A stretch of 64,000 bases of DNA, from assembly GCA_965112735.1 (NCBI GenBank), contig OZ218962.1:868001-932000 (forward strand), in the 5' to 3' direction. This stretch comes from Phaeosaccion multiseriatum (Eukaryota > Protista > Ochrophyta, other classes). This document shows positions 1-32,092 of this stretch, piece by piece. Position 1 is the first letter of the stretch. Each line of letters starts with the position of its first letter. The position numbers and the translations under genes are program-made. A model generated the notes under the pieces. That model did not search any database. It worked only from the letters and a program-made list of their open reading frames with translations, and had not been told where the DNA came from.

Positions 1-172
1 CCCTCCCTCCACCTCTCCCCCCCCTCTCGATCTCTACTGGTCCCATATGCCTCCGACCTTGGTGGTGTGTACGCACACACTCTCCTCCCCCAACACACGC
101 CCACACCCACACACACACACACCCACACCCACCCACACACACACACCCACACACACACACACCACAGATCCA

Positions 173-20313
<20,141 letters not shown>

Positions 20314-21012
20314 CCTCGCACCACACACAGCCATACAGAACCCTTCATACTTCGTTCACGTCAATAGACATGTGTGTGTATAACTTTGCCTGGCATGCGG
20401 TGGCCCCTCCGGCCCGCCCCTCGGGAGCACACTCCAAAAGCTGAGCAGACCCGAGGGGGCATGTCGCCCATTCATTGCCATAGGAGTAGTGGTCGTCGAT
20501 CCCTTCTCTCCCTTCTCCCGCGCGCGCGATCTGTGCGTCGCCCACGAGAAGAAAACAAATACGGCGTTGCCACCCTTCACATGACCGCAAAACATACCCC
20601 ATCGCTGCTGGTTAAGAGGATTGACTCCCGGACCATCCAAGCGCCGTATGTTTTGTCTTCTCGGGCTGCCCCAGGCGCACGGGCCTTGCGAGGTGACGCG
20701 CAGTGGGGTAGAAGACGAGGGGAGGAGGTGAAAAGTGGGACGGTGGGAGACAGACTTAGCCAGTGATGGAAGCATCATGACGCAGACCATCGCAGCAGAA
20801 TCTGAGGCCAAGCAATCGATGGAAGGAAAAAAGAAAGCTTATTATTGGATTAGTTTCATCTCAGCCTCCGGAGCCAAGCAATATGTACGATCCCTTGTCG
20901 CTCTTTCTTCCTACTGTGTCGCTCTTTCCCCCTACTCTGGCTATGCACGAAGCCCTGCCAAGAAGCTTGTTGACCAATGGTCGCTCTGGCTAGCGAGGTA
21001 GAAGTAGATCGC

Positions 21013-21898
21013 TCACCAGCCGCCATATTCGTGGCCTCTGCGCCATCCGTGCCCTCCACCCCATCCACCGTGCCGTCCACCGCCCCAGTAGCTATTGCCG
21101 GCCGGAGGTCGTCATTCGAAATGGAACGGAGGAGTAGGGCAGCGCAAACGATCCGGGCAGATGGATGAAGCGGCAGTCCATGATGGAGCGTAGTTGTAGC
21201 GGAGTGGAAAGGACGGCGGGCGGGGAAGGGACGAAGCACGAGCGGAGGGCGGGGTGGAAGATGATGTTGTCGGGGAAGGAAGCGCAGAGCCGTGGGAGGA
21301 GCGAGAGTGTGAGAGTGGAGAAGCAGAAAGGCAAGAGTCGGACGTGAGTAGTTGAGCGAGGGCCCTTCGGACATTGCTTGAACTTACAGCTTGCGCTCCT
21401 CCCCGTCCCTGTAGTCGACGTGAAGACCGGGCATGAAGTAGCCGAGTGGTGCCCGTCGAAGGTGAAGAGGGTCGAAAGGAAGAACGAAGCCGGAGCGGAG
21501 GCCAGAAGGAAGAAAAAAATGTTGAAAAGAAGGAAGGGAGGAGGAGCAAGCGATGGGACAGAAAAATCAGGGTTAACAGCTGAGATGGGGGGGGGGGTAG
21601 AAAGGAGATGCGCGGGAGCCCGAGACGGAACGCGAGTCGTGTAGGAGGGCCCAAGACCGAGTGTAGCTCACTGAGACGACAAGATATGGCTAAAGAAGGG
21701 GAGGATCTCGGCCGCCACGTGCACTGACACTTACAGCTTGTCCTTAAGCTCGTCCTTCTTGTCCCCAAGCTTCTCCTCGAGCTCGTCCTTCTTGTCTCCA
21801 AGCTTCTCCTTGAGCTCGTCAGGATCAGGGGCTTGAGCAGCGACGGAGAGGATCGCCACAAAGAGCAGGGCGAGAGTGAGGATGATGCGGCGAGTCAT
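21013..21898 (-). CDS. Small secreted prepropeptide (87 aa): signal peptide, 11-aa D/E/K repeats, EERKL, and a Gly/Trp/His/Arg-rich C-terminal peptide
   Basis: Exons 21898-21735, 21408-21388 (21 nt) and 21091-21013. Donors are GTAAGT, acceptors are CAG/TAG, and both introns are phase 2. Translation: MTRRIILTLALLFVAILSVAAQAPDPDELKEKLGDKKDELEEKLGDKKDELKDKLDGEERKLYWGGGRHGGWGGGHGWRRGHEYGGW. Absent from the ORF track. Confidence 0.8.
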
Positions 21899-22934
21899 GA
21901 TCTGCTCCACTCAAATGCTTGCGGCGAGTATCTCTGGTCCTGTTCAGTTTGCCGTATAGCGAGTATCTGAGCTCATGTGGCAAGAGTCGAATCCTTGGAG
22001 CCCTTTTCGTATCGTGTCACTGCAACTGGAAACCCTGTTTGGCTGACAAGAGGAGCATCGCGATAATGAAGGACAGATAAGTTGTGATGGTTAGGACATG
22101 CAGGACCGCATGCGTGCTGGGCGCGGCGACGCAAAGGCAGATGCCGGCAGCGCATTGCTCCACGAAGAAGATCGTAGGGCCCTGCGGCTGCTGTCAATTC
22201 CCGCACAGCTGCGATCGATGATTCACGCGTGCACGCCAGGGTCGCTCATAGCGGGCAGCACTCGCGCGGGCAGCTGGTCCACTTCTCGCTTTGGACCTGA
22301 GTGCGTGTCTCGACCAGGCTGTCATCCGCCTGCATGTGAAGCCAATTTGGAAGGAAGACACAGTCCCGAGTGTGGGTTGTCCCATGGAGGATGAGGACGG
22401 GGCAGCCGGGAAGGCAAAAGGGGGGAGGGCCAGAGCGACAAGCACAGGTGGAGGGCACGGCGACTGACTGGGTACAGGAAATGTGCGATACAATCGGCCC
22501 AAGGCTTGGAGTGAGAAGCTCTGTATCAAGAACGTGAGCCTGCCTTCTTCAAACGCTCGAAGCTCGGGAGCGCACGGATCAGCAGGGAGAGATTGCCCGA
22601 GATGCTGGCAATAGCATGACGAGGCCCTCAGTCAGGTCTGCAGAGCGCCAGAGCCCAACTCGGCACGATGTACTCACTTCGTTTCTCCTCTGACCTGAAG
22701 CTGAGCTTCTTCAACCAGTCATCTTAGACGCAAAGGCTGTGCCGCAGTGGCACCATGAGCCATAGCCCTACCCTCCCCCCGCACGCAAGCAATGCCAATG
22801 CGACATTCCCTCCGCCCGACGCTTGAGGGGTTTAGCTAGAAAAGTGAGCCACTGTGGACACTTACCAGTAGCTGCAATGACTTGATTCCCGCAGCTCTGC
22901 TCACGCAGAGTACAGGCTCATTGGCGAGCAGCGC

Positions 22935-24095
22935 TCAGTCCTCGCAGTCGCAGGGATGTCCGTTTGCATGCACCCACCGCTTAATCTCCTCGAAGGCGCC
23001 ACCCCTCTCAATGTCCCCAAAATCCATGCGTAGTATCTGCTCTGGGCACGAGAACCTGTCCCACCCACACAGAACTCTCTCCGATCGCAGCCACTGCAAA
23101 GTGGCCAGGCTCCCCCCGCAAACGGCATTGAAGCAAACCCCGCCGTCCCAATGGCACAGGTCGCGAGCGTTTGCATGCAGCCAGCGCAACACCTCCAGCT
23201 GTCCCTCACGCGCTGCACAGTAAGCCCCAAATCTCCATTTGCTGCCATCATCTGACCCTGCCGCTTCGCTGCCTTCCTCGTCCTCTGCTTTTTCCAGCTC
23301 AGGGCTGACCTTGGGGTGGGCCAGAAGCATCTCCAGCACACTGATGTGCCCACCCTGCACGGCCCCTTCCCAAACCGTGTGGTCGAAGGGGCTGTTTGCT
23401 TCATCTGACAGAAGCCATGCAAGCATACCCATGTCCCCCCGCCAAGCGGCTTCATAGCAAGTCATCGCGTCCCACGGACAAGGCCTCTTCCCAGCAGGGA
23501 GGGCAGTGGAGCAGATTCGTTTGAGCAGGCCCTGCTTGGCGGGTCGGTCTTCGGAGCGGAGCCACTTGAGAATACTGAGGCCGTGTTTGGCATTGCGCGC
23601 AGCCATTTGGCACACGCACTCGGTGCATCGGAGGAAGTCCCAGGGCCACACGAGGTGGAGGGCCTGGCAAATGCTCACGTCTCCCCATCGCACTGCAGCC
23701 ACCATCGTATTGCAGCTCAGGAGGCGGCCGCCCTGCATCGGCCCCTTGATCACCCACTCGACGCACTCGACGGACCCCACCACGCTGCGAAGACGGGTGG
23801 TCAAGGCGGGATGAGCGGCACTGTACAGCCTCCTCCAGTCCCTGCATACCCCCGCGACAAAGAGATGATGCCCCTCCCCTAGGATGCCCATGACCTTCGT
23901 CATCGCGTCTTGCTGAGCCAGGACATTTGTCCGGGCTGAAAGTCCCTCCTGGGCATTGCCCCTCAGAACCCTCCACCCTACTGCGGCGTGCAAGGCCCGG
24001 TGCCAGTTTCTCACGGTGTCCATGACCGACGCCATCACACCTTCCTCTCCTTCCGGAGCCGGTCGCACGCGCTTCCTCCCCCCCTGCTCAGCCAT
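22935..24095 (-). CDS. Intronless ankyrin-repeat-like protein of the L.vL.WL...gCPWd class (algal/giant-virus type) with an F-box-like N-terminal FVAxVCRxWR motif; copy 1
   Basis: Single ORF with repeats such as AARNAKHGLSILKWLR, CPWDAMTCYEAAWRGDMGMLAWL, AAREGQLEVLRWLHAN and GSLATLQWLRSE. ATG taken at 24095. Confidence 0.75.
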   Translation of the reverse strand: MAEQGGRKRVRPAPEGEEGVMASVMDTVRNWHRALHAAVGWRVLRGNAQEGLSARTNVLAQQDAMTKVMGILGEGHHLFVAGVCRDWRRLYSAAHPALTTRLRSVVGSVECVEWVIKGPMQGGRLLSCNTMVAAVRWGDVSICQALHLVWPWDFLRCTECVCQMAARNAKHGLSILKWLRSEDRPAKQGLLKRICSTALPAGKRPCPWDAMTCYEAAWRGDMGMLAWLLSDEANSPFDHTVWEGAVQGGHISVLEMLLAHPKVSPELEKAEDEEGSEAAGSDDGSKWRFGAYCAAREGQLEVLRWLHANARDLCHWDGGVCFNAVCGGSLATLQWLRSERVLCGWDRFSCPEQILRMDFGDIERGGAFEEIKRWVHANGHPCDCED

Positions 24096-24820
24096 ATCCT
24101 CTAGCGATGCCTCCGTAAAAGATTGAAGCAAGGAGGCTATTAGCCGCGCTAAGCTCTGTGCAGCTGCTGCTGTTGCCGCAGGAATGCGCAGCTACGTGCT
24201 GGAGTAGCGCGGCTCGGCGGCAGCTATGCTTGTCTTCAGACAGAGCGCGGCGCTAACAGGTGTGCGAAGAGCAAGGAGAGGAGTTTCCCTTGGCAGCGGC
24301 GGCCAGTTACATTTGCTGTGTGGACTTGGGTCTGGGAAAGTGGGCTCGCTTCTCAATTACCTTCATTTAGACCATACACTTGATTAAATACACCCGCTCA
24401 TTGCTACCTCGGCTTGGGGCAGGAGGAGACCGATTCGAAAGGAGCCCATCCCCCCGCGGCACGGCCCCCGCCCATGGCACATCTCTGCACCACAGCCGCC
24501 ACGGGACCTCAAGGGACAAGGTAAGAGCAAGCACAATAAATTAGGCCCACCGGCCGGTCTTCGAGGGAGTGAGGGCTCCTCCCCTCCCCCCTCCTACGGC
24601 CGCATCATACTCACGCACGCCTCACTGTTGCCGAAAAGCGCGCCCTCCTCAGTCACGCTTGGCCCCCCAGGCAAGCAAGGCGGCCTTCCCACCGCCTGGC
24701 GCCTGGGAGGTTGACAAGCGAATCAATCACTGTCGATGCTCACCACCAGCTGAAATGACTTCATTCAAGCACACTCACAGGCGTATTCCGCTTCTCGATG
24801 GGCGGAGAAGCGAGCGGCGC

Positions 24821-25817
24821 TCAGTCCTCGCAGTCGCAAGGGTGCCCGTTAGCGTGCACCCACCGCTTGATCTCCTCGAAGGTGCCGTCCTTCTCCATAT
24901 CTTCCATCCCGGCATTGAGGAGCACCTGCTCTGGGCACGAGAGCCCGTCCCACTCACACACGACGTCCTCCGACCGCAGCCACTGTAACATGGCCAAGCT
25001 TTTAGCTTCACGGACGGCATACTCACACACCTCGCTGTCCCAGTCGCAGAGGTCGCGAGCCGTTGGCATGCAGCCAGCGCAGCACCTCCAACCTGTTCCC
25101 GAGCGCGGCGGCGTAAGCCCCCGCTCGCCACCCTCGCCCTGGCTGCCCCGCTTCCAATGAAGCTCGCACCTTGGGACAACTCAGAAGCGCTTCCAGCACA
25201 TTGATGTGCCCGGCCTCTGCAGCCCCCAGCCACATGCTGTATGCGAAGGGGGCGCCCGCATCGTCCGACAGTAGCCATGCGAGCATTTCCACTCTCCCTT
25301 GCCGCGCAGCTTCGTGGCACACGCGATTGCTCCATGGGCACGGCGGCTTGTCGGAGAGCGCGTCCGATCGGAGCCACTTGAGAATGCTCAGGCCATGCTT
25401 GGCATTCCTGGCCGCAGCGCAACAAACATACGCGTCGCGCTTACAGCCGTGGCCATCGAGGGCCCTGCACACGCTCACATCTCCATACTCGGCCGCGGCG
25501 ACAAAGGTCCAAGTGCTGAGCGGATACTGAGCCTCTCTGATGGCCCAGTTGAGGCACTCCACAGACCCTATTACGCTTCGGTGAGTGGTGCTCCGCGCGG
25601 GGTGAGCGGCGCTGTACAGTCTTCTCCAATCGATGCTCACTTCCGCGACGAAGATGTATTGCCCCTCACCCACAATACCCATGACTGTCCTCATCGTGTC
25701 CTCCAGCATCAGCACCTCCTCGCGAGGACATCTCCCCAGAGCCGACTCAGAAGCACCGGCCTCCGCCTGTTGGGCAGCGCGGCCCAGAAGCATGTCCAAC
25801 AACCGTAGCGGGGCCAT
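24821..25817 (-). pseudogene. Intronless ankyrin-repeat-like protein, copy 2, interrupted by a 1-nt insertion near 25060 (pseudogene or sequencing error)
   Basis: Paralogous to 22935-24095 along its length, with the same C-terminus EIKRWVHANGHPCDCED. Copy 1 reads CAT GCA AAC GCT CGC GAC; copy 2 reads CAT GCC AAC G GCT CGC GAC. This splits it into ORFs 25023-25904 and 24821-25069. Confidence 0.65.
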
Positions 25818-26444
25818 TTTGCGACCCGCACCTCTCAACGTCGTGAAAGAGGAACACACATCACGAGCGGTGTGCGGGGGAAGCGCGGTCGAGGTTACAT
25901 ACATGAGGAGCGAGAGGGCTCTGCCCTGCGCCGACTATTATTTAGTTTTAACTCCCTCCCGAACCCTGGAACCTTTTTTCTTTGTATCACCAACGTGGAA
26001 AGGTGTACACGCACCACAGCCACACGTCACGTCTGTGTGTGCTGTGGCGGCCTAGCTGTGGTGCCAACCGTGGAAGACAGAGCCGCCCCTCTGTTCGGTT
26101 GCAGCAGCTCTGCCACCAGGCGCCCGTTGCTGCTCACAAAAATCATATTCTATTTGTTAATTTATTGCTTGTGAACGCATTAAGACCCAATCACTACCAC
26201 GACACCGCCCTGCGCACGAGTTGCCTACGCAACTCCTCAGTCCTCCAGGTCGTCGTTGGTCACCTCCTCCTCCCCGTCCGCCTCCTCTGAACCAACGAGA
26301 CAGGCTGCTGCTTGCTCATTTGCTTGGCTCTTCTGCTCTGCTCTGCGCAATGGAGAGCGTACCTCTGTCCCTGCCGCACGGCCGCTTCCATCGCACACTT
26401 CTTGCCCGGGAGAAGCATCCACCTGCCTATCCCTGCCCCTGAGT

Positions 26445-26575
26445 TCAGCACTGGCATCGATCCGCTTCTACCACCTCCCTCAGCGCTGCGATCACCGCAG
26501 GCCCGCATTCACAGCACCCTCCCACTCCCCTGGCGCCAGCTCGAATCCACCTGCACCAGTTAGTGACATGGTGGT

Positions 26576-26617
<42 letters not shown>

Positions 26618-28994
26618 GTGAGCACTCAGTAAAGGACCGAGCGGTGCGTCGCAGTCAAAGGTCCAGATACAATACCATCGAAGACTTAATAAATAGTCTA
26701 GCAGCAGATCGATGCAATCCTCGCCTCATTCCCTTCTCGCTCTTACCCACCTCCGCGCGTAGTCATGGCAGGTCTCCGTCCTCCGCATGCTGCCCTCGCT
26801 CCCCTCCTTGCGGACCCAGTCCTTGGCCACTTCATCCCACGCGTCGCCCATGTTAGGGTACACCAAAACAGGGCGCTTTGCCTTGCCCATATCCTCCTCC
26901 TCCTCCTCGTCGTCTTTTTCGTCGTCGTCGTCGTCGTCGTCGTCTTTCTTGTTCCGCACCTTCTGCTCATCCTCCTCCTCATCTTCATCCTCCCCCTCTC
27001 CTCCTCCTGTCTGCATCACCCGAATCGCTTCTTCGATAAACTGAGGCTCTGTGCAATTCACACCAAAAGCCACAACAAGCTGACGTTGATTCTCTGGCGA
27101 CGACTCGCTGAAAGTAGCCTCCCCAGTAGCAGCGTCAGCAGCAGCTGCAGTGTGTTCGGTGGTGGTCCGACACGAGCCCCCTGGGGGTGGGTAAGCGTCC
27201 GACTTGTACGGATCTAAAGCATCCACGAGGCGCACAAGGTCTGAGAGGGGCTCTCCGCTGGTGAGGTGTTTACCGTCTTTGCACACCGCAGACAGCCATG
27301 CCGGGGGCAAGCCACTCCCAGAACTTGAGTAGACACATAAGCCACCAAGAGTAGTTGAGTGAGTTGGTTTCTGTCCCCGCGTATTTCTGTGAGTGATCTG
27401 GATTCTAGTGCTGATACTTGCGTAGCGGTATATGTGGAGGAGGACAAAAGGGAAGGGAGCGAACGAAATGTAGCAAACAACCCCTTCTAATGCCACTACT
27501 CACTTGCCATCCTCCTCTTGGCTGAGCTCTCTCAGCAAGCGGAGCAGCGCGTCTGCCTCGGCCAGGCACGGGATAGTCTCCAGTGCCAGCAGGTCCGGTC
27601 CAGCCTTGTCCAGCAGCAGCGGAAGCGAGGTGCACACACGCACAGCAGTGGGTACGTGTCCAGACACACGGAGGGTCCGCACGGGGAGTAAGGGGGGGGG
27701 GAAGCCGGGGGGAGCGCACAAGAAAGCCCGGCGCCACCTTCAGAGAGATATATGTGTCTGTCTACAGACAAAGACACGACATGCAAGGAAGCAAGCATGG
27801 TGGCCAAAAGACGCTGGTTGTCCTCCCTACAGACGTCTCTAACCTTCTTGTGCGAGTTTCAGTCCCTCCGCCTTTCCTGACCCTTACGTATCCTCAAGTA
27901 CCTGAGCGAGCACTCGGAGACGGGGACGATGCCACTCCATTAGGCTCAAAACAAGTGCCTCGTCTGTCCCTTTCCTTCTCCTCCTCCTCCCCCTCCTCCA
28001 TCCCGCCTTGCCCCTGCCCCCACTGCTGACGCTGCTGCTCTGCTCGGGGGTCCTTCCCAAGGCCTGCGAGTAATCGCCAGTGTACTCCGCTCCGTTGGCG
28101 AGGAAGGCGCCGTAGCAGCCGATACTCGCGGCCACCAGTGGCTGCCGCAGGGATGGAAATACATGCACGCATTGAAGAAGAAACGTGAGAAAAGAGGCAG
28201 TTCGCTCCGCTTTCTCTCCATTTTGCTTGTGGTATCTTGCCATCCCACCCACCTTCAGTCTGGTGGGGCTCTCCCCCTTCTCCGCCTCCCAGAATGCGTC
28301 TCTCGCTTGCTGAGCGAGCCGCACGCTTAGCACCATCAAACTCTCCGCATACGCCTCGTCTGCACGCTCGCAGTCAGACGCAATCCCTCCCCCCTCCTCC
28401 CCCCCCTGCTTTTGCTGCTCGGAGGGTGTCTTGTCCTCCCTCGTCGCTTCGCTGCCGATTCTCTGTACGCCGCTGCATCGTCGTTCGGCTGCGAGGCGCC
28501 GAAAGCCCACAAAAGAGGCTTGGTAAGAAGCGGTGATGGCGACGTCGGCACCGGCCTTCTCGTCATAGCGCACAGAGGAGTCATGTCGGGGATTGTACGA
28601 GAGAAAGGGTAGTCAATAAATGGGCATTCCCTCTGTCAGCGCCTCGGGGTTCAACCTAGTTACTCGGGGCTGGCCTGTGCTTGACATCTATGCAACACCA
28701 TGGTTCGCCCATCTCCTCAGCTCACCTGAAAGTACTCCAGGTGGACCGCACGAATAAGATCGGGGTCGTCTGCGAGCAGGCGAGCCGACCACAGAGAGTC
28801 GTCGATTTCAGCCCCCTGACGAGAATGCGAGAGAAAGGGATCAGTCGCTGAACAAAAATCTGCGTCTCTCTCTGTCTCTCCTTTGAACGCACCCTGGCTT
28901 GCAGCTCCGAGCCCAGGCCTCCGTCGATGACGAAAATCCTTTGTCCACTCTGAAGGAACGGAGAGATGGGGCTGTTCACGTTGGCTGCTGCCAT
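26445..28994 (-). CDS. HMT: Homocysteine S-methyltransferase (MmuM/HMT family), about 7 exons
   Basis: Motifs across exons: VIDGGLGSEL, LWSARLLADDPDLIRAVHLEYF, AGADVAITASYQAS, VAASIGCYGAFLANGAEYTGDY, DLLALETIP, GVNC and VYPN. A last exon (about 26550-26445) gives the Zn-binding GGCC (WIRAGARGVGGCCECGP). Confidence 0.93.
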
Positions 28995-29298
28995 TCAAAG
29001 GTTGCGGTGCCGCAGCTATGAATGACGACAAAGGAAGGGGGCGTGTTGGTTGTTCGGTATCACAGGGGGTCGACGCTCTCATATAAAAATCATAAACTCT
29101 AAAATCACGATCTGATCCCACCCCAAACGAGAGAGCTGCTGGACCTTTCAACCCACAGACTGCTGATCAAGCAGGCCACGGCTTCTCGCTCCGACCAATG
29201 CGCTTGGCTAGGATCCTTCTTTAAATCGGAAAAAGTAATCGCTCTTTGAGATGTGAGATTGAGTCGTGAGAGAAGCAGCCCGTGGGTAGCCGTCGTGA

Positions 29299-29790
29299 AT
29301 GCGGCTGCTTGTTCTCAGTCTCAGCCTCTTGCTGTCCTGGTACGCGGGAGGAGAGGCGTTCTCCTCACTGGCACCGCTGCTCTCGCAACCTCGAGGAAAG
29401 GAGGCAGGAGCATCAGCAGAACAGCACCACCACTACCAGCGATGCAAGCGGCCACAGGCTCGGCTCAATCTCTTCAGAGGCAGCGTTACTAAGCAGCAGG
29501 ATCAGCAACAGGAGCAAGAGGGAGGAGAGGAGGGGAAGGAAGGAGAAGTACCGCCTTCCGACTATCCGGACCCCGGCACTACAATGAGTAAAGACGTGTT
29601 AAGCACGTACCCCATGGAGGACCCATACGACTTCATCCTGACGGGGAACAAGCTCCTCTCGAGGTCCCACCGCACCACTCGCTTTCTGCACCGAGTGCTC
29701 CCTATTGCCTTGCAGCGCAAGATGCGGGACAGGTGCGTGCGCGTTTCCTATAGATGGGGGCGAGAAACTGACTTGACGGCCCTTGGTCAA

Positions 29791-29833
<43 letters not shown>

Positions 29834-32033
29834 GGGGAGAGAGAGAGGAGAGAGAGAGAGAGATAGAGACAGTTAGACAAGGGAAAGTCGATTCTTTGAA
29901 GGAGAGGAAGGGGAAATGCATGAGGAATGGTGGGTAAACAGGCCCAATGCCGAGCGTCGTTTCCGCACCAATCAATCGATCAAACACAACCTCAGCCCTC
30001 CAATGAAGCGGGGGCTCAGAGGCCTTTCGAGGACGGTCTTTCTTCTCTTCTCCCGTACCAAGTGCTGTGCTCAACCGCCCTGTCCTCCTCGTGTTCCTCT
30101 CCTCTCCTGTGCAGTGGCTTCACAAAGGGCGTCTTCAACTACGGTGCCTCGGTGCTGGCGGGGGGGATGGCCCTTTCCAAGCCCGCTCTGGCATGGCGAC
30201 ACATTCGGGCGGGAAGACTGGGGACCATCCACCGCTACGGGCCTGACCCTAAGCAATTCGTCGAGGTGCTGCCCTGCAAAGGTAAGCAAAGGGCGTGTCG
30301 AAACATACGTCAGGCCTGCCTGTGTGATGATGGTGATGATACTGCTGCTGCTTCTATACGGTTCATGCGGGCCGGCGCTCAGGCGATGCCCATTGAATCC
30401 AATTGCCAATCGCCCCTGTTCTCTCTCTTGACTTCTCGGCCCTCCTCCTTGATTCTCCTCCTCCTCCTCCTCCTCCTCCTCCTCCTCTCGCTCCTCCCCA
30501 TGCTCCTGCTACAGCGCCAGACAGCTCTCGCTTGCTCGTGTTTGTACATGGTGGAGCGTGGGGTAGCGGCGCCCCCTGGCTCTACCGCCTGTACGGAGAG
30601 CAGCTCACGCACTTGGGCTTCACGGTCGTGGTGGTGGGCTACAGGTGCGTGTGGGCGCGTGCGCGCGTGCGCATGTGTGTGTGAATGCATGTTTGTGTAA
30701 GTGTGTGAGAGTGCGTCTGAGTGCTTGTGTGTGTGTGTATGTGTGTGCTCCCGTGCCGTGCCGCGCCGTGTCGGAGCCAGTCGTCGGAGTAGTAAGTCCG
30801 TCTATCGCGACCGACACTGATAGCGGCCTTTTTTCTTCTCAGCGAATGGACGCTCACACCTCTCACAATCCTATTTGTGGTTTGTTTGTTTATCATGTTC
30901 CATCTTCCTGCCTGTTGTCTGCTGCGTTGTCCGCCCACTCCGATACTCTGAGCAGATACTACCCAGAGGCTGGCGCTGATATCCAGGTGGACGACCTCGG
31001 CCGCGCCCTCGTTTGGGTGGAGAACCACCTGCCTCTCTTGGGGTCCGTATCGTCGTCGCCATCAGCATCATCTGCATCACCAATGCCCTCGCTCTACTTG
31101 TGCGGTCACTCATCGGGAGCGCACATCATCGCCCTCTACCTCCTTCGCCGAGCCTCTCTGGCGCCCTCCTCATTGACTTACTCTCCCTCTTCCTCTTCCT
31201 CGTCCTCCACGGCGGAAGCAGCTACCCAAGGGGGTGGAACAGGGGCAGGGGCAGTTGGGGATCGGCTCACAGGGGAACAAAGCAGGGGGGGGGGAGAGAC
31301 GGGGTGTTTCACCGCGACCTTACAGTGACGGGCTTCATCGGTCTGAGCGGTGTGTACGATATTCACAAGCATTACATCTACGAGTCCAGCAGGTAACGTA
31401 ACGTACAAATCATTTTTTTCTTTCTCTCGCCCTCTTGCTCTTTAATCCTTAGCTCCTCCCCCCTTGAACAGTTTTGTTCATGCTTCCAAGGTGGAAGCTA
31501 CCTAGACCTCCCCCAACCCTCCGTCCTTGCCCCCGTGTCCCGTCCCGTGCATATGTCCCGTTGTCCAGGGGAGTTCACGAGGTGTCTCCAATGAAGGAAG
31601 CCAACGGCGGCGGTGCACACAAGTTTGCTCAGTACTCACCATCGCGCATCGTGCAGAGCCGCTTCACGAAGGAGCAGGCTATGCGAGAGCTTCCAGACAC
31701 GCTCTTGTTGCATGGGTTGAAGGTAGGTAGAGTGACAGTCACCCGACAGTCCGGCAACAGTCAGGCAACAGTCAGGCAATAGAGGAGGCAAGGGGGGGCG
31801 TTTGCTGCTGTTGGCTGGCTGTGAGGTGTTTGGCCGTCGGGTGTGTCAGGTGTCAGGTATCAGGTGCTTTACTTTTTGGCGCTGCGCTTTGGGTACCACT
31901 TGTCCTTCTCGCCCACTTGTCCTTCTCGCCCACTTGTATCCTCCTGCCCCCTTGTCCCGACTTCTTCCTCGACTACTTACTGCTGGTGGTGGTGGTGCTG
32001 CTGCTGCTGCTACTGCCACCACTACTACTACTG

Positions 32034-32092
<59 letters not shown>

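Noticed and set aside
21950-22900. Short ORFs between the peptide gene and ankyrin copy 1 as a transposon remnant
   Set aside because: I found no recognisable transposase or RT motif, terminal repeats or target-site duplication.
31285-31294. Frameshift in the ICME-like gene as programmed recoding or pseudogene
   Set aside because: It coincides with a G10 homopolymer, one extra G restores the frame, and all catalytic motifs are intact. It is most likely a sequencing error.
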